DNA of 5,590 nt from a virus, in IMG/VR virus record IMGVR_UViG_3300045988_012007, positions 1 to 5,590 of that record. The stretch is one strand, 5' to 3'. Numbering within the stretch: the first letter of the stretch is position 1; each line of letters opens with the position of its first letter. Below, one piece after another: positions 1 through 4,466 of this stretch. The position numbers were made by a program, and so were the translations under genes. A model generated the notes under the pieces. It ran no database searches, was not told where the DNA came from, and saw only the letters and a program-made list of their open reading frames with translations.

Positions 1-99
1 AAGTTCGTGCAATTTCGGTCTTGCCCTCGTTCATCCACTCTTGACTGAGTGTTGGCGGCATGTCGTAGTTGTCTGCATAGTGCCAGAAGTCTAGCGTGC
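1..99. repeat. Terminal overlap of a circular contig (left copy)
   Basis: These 99 nt are identical to 5492-5590 when compared base by base. Confidence 0.95.
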
Positions 100-1561
100 C
101 TTCTGCATTGCTCCGCATTTTACCGCTCACACGGTTTGGCTTCATGCGGTAGTCGGCCCATGCTTCCTGGTAACCGAATGTCTCTTCGTCCACTTCAGTG
201 CCCGTTACCATGATTTCCTTTTTCTTGATAGGCTGTTCGCCCAGATTTGCGAACTGCGGGAAATAGTAGTCCAGTCTGTCGTTACGGCTCCAAAAGCGCT
301 CCAAACCCTGCTGATAGCTGTGATTATGGCGAACACACATAACACCGATAATGAATCCGTGTTCTTCAAAGCTCTTGGTGAAAGAGCTTTCGTTGATAGG
401 TGTGACGGACATTGCGCCAGTTTCACCGATAGGTGTATCATTTTGGTTCTGCTGTCCTGAGGTCTGAACGATTTGGTTAATGTTGACGTGGTATCGTCCG
501 CCGCCCAGGTATTCCGGCACCTGTACTGTTTTGTCGCTGATGCTTACGCCAAACAGTGCCCTCACCTGTTCACGGTATCGACTGCCGCCACGTGCCAGCG
601 CTTCGTAATAGTGCTGTACTGCAAAGGCCTGTCTCAGCTGGTTGATTGTTGCGGCTTCGATGTTGCTCAGGTCTGTTGCAATGTATCTTGCGACAGAATC
701 TCCGCCTGTTTGTCCTGTTGAGCCCATTGCTACGATTGTTTCATCTGCGCTGTTCTGTTCCAGATTTGCTGCGGCTCCACTCATCCAGATTGTCGTTGGA
801 TTCGTTTGCCCGTTGATTCCGTTGTCATCGAACATTTTCACAGGTGCGTTTCCCGTTAGAGCGATTGTTACTTCCGGCCCACGCTGAGGATACGGCAGAC
901 AACTTGAAAAGTAGTCGTGAAAACGGCTAACTGGCAGACAGCGTCCGCCTCTGTATGCTTCTTTCAGAATTTCTTCAATGTTATTTTCATCGTTTGCGTC
1001 TGAGTATATTACGTTTTCATCGTTTGTGATGAGTGTTGCCGGGTTTCCTACGTTTTGGTCTCTGAAAAATTCGTTCCAGATTTTCACGTATGCTCTGAAT
1101 GGAAGCGCATTTACTTCCATTTCGGTTGCCGCACCTTTTTTGATTGCTTTTGTAGGTATCCCCATGTAATCACAGATACTTGCTTCGTATGGTCTGTCTG
1201 CTCTTTCTCCTGCAGGAATTATAAGCTTTGGCACTGTGTATGTTCCTTTCGGCATCCACGGTGCATCGTCTGCTTCACCCATGAATCGCTTGAAGTTGTC
1301 CCATAGGATTCGGTTCGGACAGAAGAAGTAATAGAAATCGATGAATGCATCATCGAAAACAGGATACTTTGGAGTGGTCATTCGGATGATTGCCGCCGTA
1401 TCCACGCTGAATGTATCGCCGGGCAATACTTCGTCTACATAGAAAGGAATCAGTTTACCTGCATCGAAAGTCGTGAGAATGTTCTGGTCTCGATTGAATC
1501 GTGTTCGGCTGACGTGTGTTTCCGGCACTTGGTTGAAGTGTCTCTCATTATTCCGGTTCAT
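1..1561 (-). CDS. VP1: Major capsid protein VP1 (phiX174 F-like capsid family). These are the first 520 codons; the ORF runs off the left edge and is completed by 5388..5491 on the circle, giving 554 aa in total.
   Basis: Hand translation from ATG at 1561 is open all the way to position 1, with no stop. It starts MNRNNERHFNQVPETHVSRTRFNRDQNILTTFDAGKLIPFYVDEVLPGDTF. It contains LPFRAYVKIWNEFFRDQN, INQLRQAFAVQHYYEALARGGSRYREQVRALFGV, FEEHGFIIGVMCVRH, FGYQEAWADYRMKPNRVSG and LDFWHYAD, all typical microvirus VP1/F blocks. SD AGGAGG lies 7 nt upstream of the ATG. Position 1 is codon position 1, and the frame continues exactly into 5491. Confidence 0.95.
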   Translation of the reverse strand, partial: MNRNNERHFNQVPETHVSRTRFNRDQNILTTFDAGKLIPFYVDEVLPGDTFSVDTAAIIRMTTPKYPVFDDAFIDFYYFFCPNRILWDNFKRFMGEADDAPWMPKGTYTVPKLIIPAGERADRPYEASICDYMGIPTKAIKKGAATEMEVNALPFRAYVKIWNEFFRDQNVGNPATLITNDENVIYSDANDENNIEEILKEAYRGGRCLPVSRFHDYFSSCLPYPQRGPEVTIALTGNAPVKMFDDNGINGQTNPTTIWMSGAAANLEQNSADETIVAMGSTGQTGGDSVARYIATDLSNIEAATINQLRQAFAVQHYYEALARGGSRYREQVRALFGVSISDKTVQVPEYLGGGRYHVNINQIVQTSGQQNQNDTPIGETGAMSVTPINESSFTKSFEEHGFIIGVMCVRHNHSYQQGLERFWSRNDRLDYYFPQFANLGEQPIKKKEIMVTGTEVDEETFGYQEAWADYRMKPNRVSGKMRSNAEGTLDFWHYADNYDMPPTLSQEWMNEGKTEIART

Positions 1562-1943
1562 TGCTTTCCTCCTGCTTCTTTTTCTCGGTTGCGGCCTTTT
1601 CCTGCATCCTCTGTAGTTCCATTGCATTGGCTTGTGCCGTTGCCATCATGGCGTGATACTCGTGAATGTTGGTCGGCCATTCGGTGATATCCACTGTTTC
1701 GTCCGTTTTTGCGCTGTCTGCCAGGCTTTTTGCGAACTGCGGGTCGAAACTCGCTTTGCGGACGATGTTTTTGATATCGCATTCGTCTGCGTAGCTTTCG
1801 ATTTCAGCTTGGATGTCGATTGGCTCAGTCTCAATCAGTTCTCTGTTGCCTTTTTCGTCTTTGCCCCAGACGTACTGCTTACGTAGTTTTTCGCCTGAGT
1901 TTGAAAAGAAGGGCTCTCGCCCTTCCTCATATCGTTTATTCAT
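1548..1943 (-). CDS. VP3: Internal scaffolding protein, VP3-like (131 aa)
   Basis: This is the internal ATG (1943) of the 204-aa track ORF, preceded by GGGAGGG 8 nt upstream. The annotated ATG at 2162 has no SD. The segment EIESYADECDIKNIVRKASFDPQ resembles the conserved ECDINNI-type block of gokushovirus VP3. The gene sits immediately upstream of VP1, and its stop (1548-1550) overlaps the VP1 start region. Confidence 0.75.
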   Translation of the reverse strand: MNKRYEEGREPFFSNSGEKLRKQYVWGKDEKGNRELIETEPIDIQAEIESYADECDIKNIVRKASFDPQFAKSLADSAKTDETVDITEWPTNIHEYHAMMATAQANAMELQRMQEKAATEKKKQEESNEPE

Positions 1944-2178
1944 GCGGTTTGCCCTCCCATACCTTTTCCGGCTCGATGCTCTGGAAGCTTCCGTTTTCAT
2001 CGTCGAAGTTTGCGATGTGGTAGCCCTTGTAGTCCTCAGGTGACTGGCCCAGGAACGTTTTCTCGTCCTTTGCCATGATATTGCACATCCGTGCAAAGGT
2101 TTCGTTGCTCTTGCTTTCTCCGATGTAGCAGTAGCACTTTGCCACGCTGTCGTAGATGCCATAGTATCCGTGAATCAT
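1936..2178 (-). CDS. Small conserved gokushovirus non-structural protein, VP5-like (80 aa)
   Basis: AAGGAG lies 6 nt upstream of ATG 2178. The pattern IYDSVAKCY...ETFARM...SPEDYKGYHIANFDDENGSF matches my recollection of the conserved small protein encoded just upstream of VP3 in gokushoviruses. It overlaps the VP3 start by 8 nt. Confidence 0.75.
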   Translation of the reverse strand: MIHGYYGIYDSVAKCYCYIGESKSNETFARMCNIMAKDEKTFLGQSPEDYKGYHIANFDDENGSFQSIEPEKVWEGKPHE

Positions 2179-2189
2179 GTTTTTCTCCT

Positions 2190-2309
2190 TTACAGTCTGA
2201 TGCCGCCCCGCATGGGTTTCTGGCTGAGGTTGATGCTTTTCGTTTTGCGCGCCGTTACGTTGAACATTCTCTTGTCAGTGTGTACCGGCATCCGCTGTCT
2301 GTGCTTCAT
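2190..2309 (-). CDS. 39-aa highly basic DNA-binding/packaging protein (gokushovirus ORF8 / phiX174 J analogue); not in the ORF track
   Basis: Hand translation gives MKHRQRMPVHTDKRMFNVTARKTKSINLSQKPMRGGIRL, followed by TAA. It has 11 Lys/Arg plus 2 His against 1 acidic residue. The C-terminal PMRGGIRL resembles the conserved end of small basic microvirus proteins. GGGAG lies 7 nt upstream of ATG 2309. Its stop codon is followed immediately by the SD of the next gene. Confidence 0.7.
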   Translation of the reverse strand: MKHRQRMPVHTDKRMFNVTARKTKSINLSQKPMRGGIRL

Positions 2310-2520
2310 ATGTGTACTCCCTTCTGAGTAGTTCCAGTTCGATGTCATTGGCCCATTTCTTCATAATCCATATTCGGTCAATCATATTTTTTGCGTCTTC
2401 TGAGTTGGATACTTTTTTTACCATTTTGTATCCAGCTTCTATCTGCTTGTATAGCCTTTCGGCCTCTAGTCTGAGGTTTTCTTCGGTCTGGTCTCGTACA
2501 TTCCATGTTTTGTGCATCAT
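2275..2520 (-). CDS. Hypothetical protein, 81 aa, predicted helical and charged; no family recognised
   Basis: The ORF starts with ATGATG, and AAGGAG lies 6 nt upstream. It is packed tightly between neighbouring genes, and its 3' end overlaps the 39-aa basic ORF by 35 nt. I see no recognisable motif. Confidence 0.65.
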   Translation of the reverse strand: MMHKTWNVRDQTEENLRLEAERLYKQIEAGYKMVKKVSNSEDAKNMIDRIWIMKKWANDIELELLRREYTYEAQTADAGTH

Positions 2521-2523
2521 GTT

Positions 2524-2628
2524 TTACTCCTTTTCCTTCAGGACGTGATAGATTTCGTCAAGCTTTTCCAGTACGGTCTTGATGAGCTGAATTGCTTCTC
2601 GCAGGTCCTTGACTTTGATTAATGCCAT
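2524..2628 (-). CDS. Hypothetical 34-aa ORF (amphipathic-helix-like); not in the ORF track
   Basis: Hand translation gives MALIKVKDLREAIQLIKTVLEKLDEIYHVLKEKE, followed by TAA. The SD-like GGGGG sits 8 nt upstream, inside the end of the peptidase gene. The ATG is 3 nt after the peptidase TGA and in the same frame. It fills an otherwise non-coding 108-nt gap in a very compact genome. Confidence 0.35.
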   Translation of the reverse strand: MALIKVKDLREAIQLIKTVLEKLDEIYHVLKEKE

Positions 2629-2631
2629 AGG

Positions 2632-3015
2632 TCACACCCCCTTTCTGTATCTTTTTTCACGTACATCAATGTGTGTGAAGTTTGTGTATCTGATTATTCC
2701 GCCTTGTTCTATGATGCTATCTGCGTACTTTGCGACTTCTTGACTGCTGTGTCCTTTTACTACGATATCGGCCGCCATTCCTTTGCAGTGGTAGCTGTTT
2801 GATGCTCCTTTTACTTTGCTGTTCCAACTCGGTGTACGGTATCCGCTGTTGATGATGACCGGTGCGTTGAAGTGGTTTCGGATTTCTTCTAAGACTGCGA
2901 GTAGCTCAGGTGCCCATAAGAATTCTTTTGTTTTGTCTTTGCATCTAAACTCTTCTGCTTTGAAGTGTTGCGTTAATCGGTCGTTGTTTGTTTGGTTTAA
3001 GATTTTTGTACTCAT
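2632..3015 (-). CDS. Zinc peptidase of the M15 family (Peptidase_M15_3-like), putative endolysin, 127 aa
   Basis: The motifs are FKAEEFRC...APVIINSGYRTPSWNSKVKGASNSYHCKGMAADI...FTHIDV. This is the SGYR, SxH-x6-D and HxD zinc-ligand layout typical of small phage M15 peptidases. I chose ATG 3015 because GAGGT lies 7 nt upstream and a promoter lies just beyond. The longer track ORF (to 3189) starts at a TTG and reads through the promoter and the repeats. Confidence 0.85.
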   Translation of the reverse strand: MSTKILNQTNNDRLTQHFKAEEFRCKDKTKEFLWAPELLAVLEEIRNHFNAPVIINSGYRTPSWNSKVKGASNSYHCKGMAADIVVKGHSSQEVAKYADSIIEQGGIIRYTNFTHIDVREKRYRKGV

Positions 3016-3034
3016 TTTTATTACCTCTAGTTTT

Positions 3035-3063
3035 TTTATATCATGGCCGGCTTGATAAGTCAA
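3035..3063 (-). promoter_or_regulatory. sigma70-type promoter driving the peptidase-to-VP1 gene string
   Basis: On the minus strand the promoter is TTGACT (3063-3058), a 17-nt spacer, then TATAAA (3040-3035). The -10 element ends 19 nt before ATG 3015. Directly upstream (3064-3090) is an A/T-tract stretch, AAAAGTTTTTTTTCAAAAAA, that could act as an UP element. Confidence 0.6.
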
Positions 3064-3116
3064 GGGTTTTTTGAAAAAAAACTTTTGACGTTCAAGTCGG
3101 ATGCCCGCCGCAGGCG

Positions 3117-3283
3117 TTTTCAACATTTTCCACATAGTTTTCAACATTTCCACATTGTTAAACTTTAGCACAATAGAGTGTTTCAACAATTCAACAAGTT
3201 TTCAACAAATCTTTCAACATTCTTTTTTGCGTTTTTTCTTCGTACTAACGTGAATAAAAAGCACTTTTCAACATTTCCACATA
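3117..3283. repeat. Iteron array: 3 copies of an 18-19 nt unit plus 4 short copies, all in the same orientation
   Basis: The unit TTTTCAACATTT(T)CCACAT occurs at 3117-3135, 3138-3155 and 3265-3282. The core TTCAACA starts at 3119, 3140, 3182, 3190, 3201, 3213 and 3267. Confidence 0.85.
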
Positions 3284-3318
3284 CTCTACTACTACGACTA
3301 CAACAAGTTATATTATAA

Positions 3319-3368
3319 TACGTGCGCACGCGTGCGCGTGTAGTTTTTCGCGTGCGCGTGTGTGCGCG
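3319..3368. repeat. Two alternating pyrimidine-purine GC-rich blocks containing a 13-nt direct repeat and a 14-nt palindrome
   Basis: 3319-3342 (24 nt) and 3349-3368 (20 nt) are unbroken Py-Pu alternations made of CG/TG/CA steps. CGCGTGCGCGTGT occurs at 3329-3341 and again at 3349-3361. GCGCACGCGTGCGC (3324-3337) is a perfect palindrome. The flanking sequence is almost pure A/T. Confidence 0.85.
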
Positions 3369-3400
3369 ATTAGAATAATCAGAATAATAATTAGAATAAT
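3369..3400. repeat. AGAATAAT short direct repeats, three copies
   Basis: ATTAGAATAAT occurs at 3369-3379 and 3390-3400, 21 nt apart. A third AGAATAAT sits at 3381-3388. Confidence 0.7.
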
Positions 3401-3402
3401 AA

Positions 3403-3434
3403 AGCCCAGTACCTTACTTGATAGGTACTGGGCT
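3403..3434 (-). terminator. Rho-independent-type terminator hairpin downstream of VP4 (Rep)
   Basis: There is a perfect 12-bp stem, AGCCCAGTACCT (3403-3414) with AGGTACTGGGCT (3423-3434), and an 8-nt loop. The stem begins 12 nt after the Rep TAG stop. On the minus strand it is followed by TTTATTATTCTAATT. Confidence 0.6.
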
Positions 3435-3446
3435 AGGTGACACCAT

Positions 3447-4466
3447 CTATAAAATACCACGCTTTTTCGTTTGTTTTTTGGTGACACGTTCTTTTGTCTC
3501 TAGGACTGTTTTATAGTCCTGCTCCTCTAGCTGTAGACGTTTTTGTTCTATGGCGTTTTTCTGTCGGTTTTGTTTAATTCTCCACAGTCTTTGTGGGTTT
3601 TCTGATTCCATCTGCTTTTCATAGTATCTTGGAATTTTCGCTTGTTTTCCGTTGGTGCATTGAATGTAACCTTTCTGCCAGATTTCTGCCTTGTGCTCTT
3701 GATAGTAATGGTCTCCAAGACCCGGTTTTAGGCTCATGCAAGCAAAAGGTTTCGTTTGTCCCAATTCGTAGTATGCATTGGCTTTCTTTCCTTCTATCTC
3801 GTACATTTTTTTTGTAACATACCCTGCAACATATCTATAGGTTTCTGGAACTGCTTGCGCAATCTGTATTTGACCCATGCCCCATAGGTTTTCTAACCAT
3901 TTGCTGGTATAGTATCCATTGTGGTGAATCTTGTATAGGTTCTTCAGGTCTGTCGGTTCCCACCCGTATAGTATCATGTGATAGTGTGGTCTTGCTGTTT
4001 GTTCTCCGTATTCACCCGCTACAAAATAGCGTAATTTGCCTCTGTAAGCCTTCCTGAGGCGTTTTAAGAATTTTTGAATATCTTCATACAGTAGAATCTG
4101 TACGCTGTCTGGACGCTTCTCTCCCGGCTTCCACGTGTATTGTACCTTTCGCATGATTTCGCCTGTTTTTACTATCATGCCCGGTACATGGTTGTCATCA
4201 TAAGTTAGCGTGATAAACCATACCTGTTCTTTTGGGTAATCTCTTGCTTCTAACTCTATGCGCGTCGTCCAGTCTTCTCGTTGTCTGATTCTGCACCCGA
4301 TGCATTGTCCGCACGGTATCAACATAACTTTTGGATTATACATCAAATCTTCATATTTTAGCTGTTTCCCGCTTAACTGAGAAAAGCGGGCGAGTGTATA
4401 TACCCGCCCGCTCACTTCTTTGTTATCCGGGTTGTACAGCCTGATTAGCGGCTTGTAACAACTCAT
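3447..4466 (-). CDS. VP4: Replication initiation protein VP4 (HUH rolling-circle endonuclease, phiX174 A-like), 339 aa
   Basis: The rolling-circle replication motifs are present in order: FITLTYD (motif 1), [10 protein letters not shown] (HUH, motif 2) and [11 protein letters not shown] (two-tyrosine motif 3, compare phiX174 YVAKYVNKK). The gokushovirus-type CGQCIGCR is also present. GGTGA lies 9 nt upstream of the ATG, and the start overlaps the VP2 stop as ATGA. Confidence 0.95.
   Translation of the reverse strand: MSCYKPLIRLYNPDNKEVSGRVYTLARFSQLSGKQLKYEDLMYNPKVMLIPCGQCIGCRIRQREDWTTRIELEARDYPKEQVWFITLTYDDNHVPGMIVKTGEIMRKVQYTWKPGEKRPDSVQILLYEDIQKFLKRLRKAYRGKLRYFVAGEYGEQTARPHYHMILYGWEPTDLKNLYKIHHNGYYTSKWLENLWGMGQIQIAQAVPETYRYVAGYVTKKMYEIEGKKANAYYELGQTKPFACMSLKPGLGDHYYQEHKAEIWQKGYIQCTNGKQAKIPRYYEKQMESENPQRLWRIKQNRQKNAIEQKRLQLEEQDYKTVLETKERVTKKQTKKRGIL

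Noticed and set aside
1-99. The 99-nt terminal direct repeat as a biological DTR/LTR or packaging terminus
   Set aside because: The repeat falls in the middle of the VP1 coding sequence, and joining the copies restores the frame exactly. Microviridae genomes are circular ssDNA. This is the signature of a circular contig assembled with overlap.
1558-1834. Alternative-frame minus-strand ORFs inside VP3 (1558-1782, 74 aa; 1646-1834, 62 aa)
   Set aside because: They have no SD and no motif. Their strongly basic, low-complexity composition is what you get from off-frame reading of a Glu/Lys-rich gene. Their length is within chance expectation.
1944-2162. N-terminal 73-codon extension of the VP3 ORF (MASTTAWQSATATSEKARATKP...), fully overlapping the VP5-like gene
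   Set aside because: There is no SD before ATG 2162, while the internal ATG 1943 has GGGAGGG. The extension is a low-complexity Ser/Thr/Arg/Ala sequence typical of an off-frame read of a real gene. A long isoform cannot be strictly excluded without conservation data.
3103-3120. Small hairpin CGCC-GCA-GGCG followed by TTTT on the plus strand as a terminator
   Set aside because: The stem is only 4 bp with a 3-nt loop, and it would terminate plus-strand transcription, for which there are no credible genes.
3016-3189. N-terminal 58-codon extension of the peptidase ORF (the track ORF 2632-3189)
   Set aside because: It starts at a TTG and has no SD. It reads straight through the TTGACT-17-TATAAA promoter and the iterons. 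Its repeated MLKT/MWKMLKT peptides are simply the DNA repeats translated. The ATG at 3015 has a proper SD.
3117-3283. The iteron region as a mini CRISPR array
   Set aside because: Two units are directly tandem with no spacer. The other copies are 7-9 nt cores at irregular spacings of 8-54 nt. The units are only 18-19 nt and are not palindromic, and there are no cas genes.
3311-3320. TATTATAATA on the minus strand as a -10 promoter element
   Set aside because: It contains TATAAT. However, the sequence 17 nt upstream is the GC Py-Pu block with nothing resembling TTGACA, and no TG extension sits at the right position. The promoter at 3035-3063 is far better, so I kept this stretch only as an AT-rich spacer.
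2275-4465. TGA read as a sense codon (genetic code 4 or 25), suggested by in-frame ORFs following the TGA stops at 2632-2634 and 2275-2277
   Set aside because: VP1, VP4, VP2 and the peptidase are full length under the standard code, with no internal TGA. Every Trp I translated is TGG. Each downstream ORF has its own SD and ATG. A fused 81-aa/VP5-like ORF would completely engulf the well-supported basic-protein gene.
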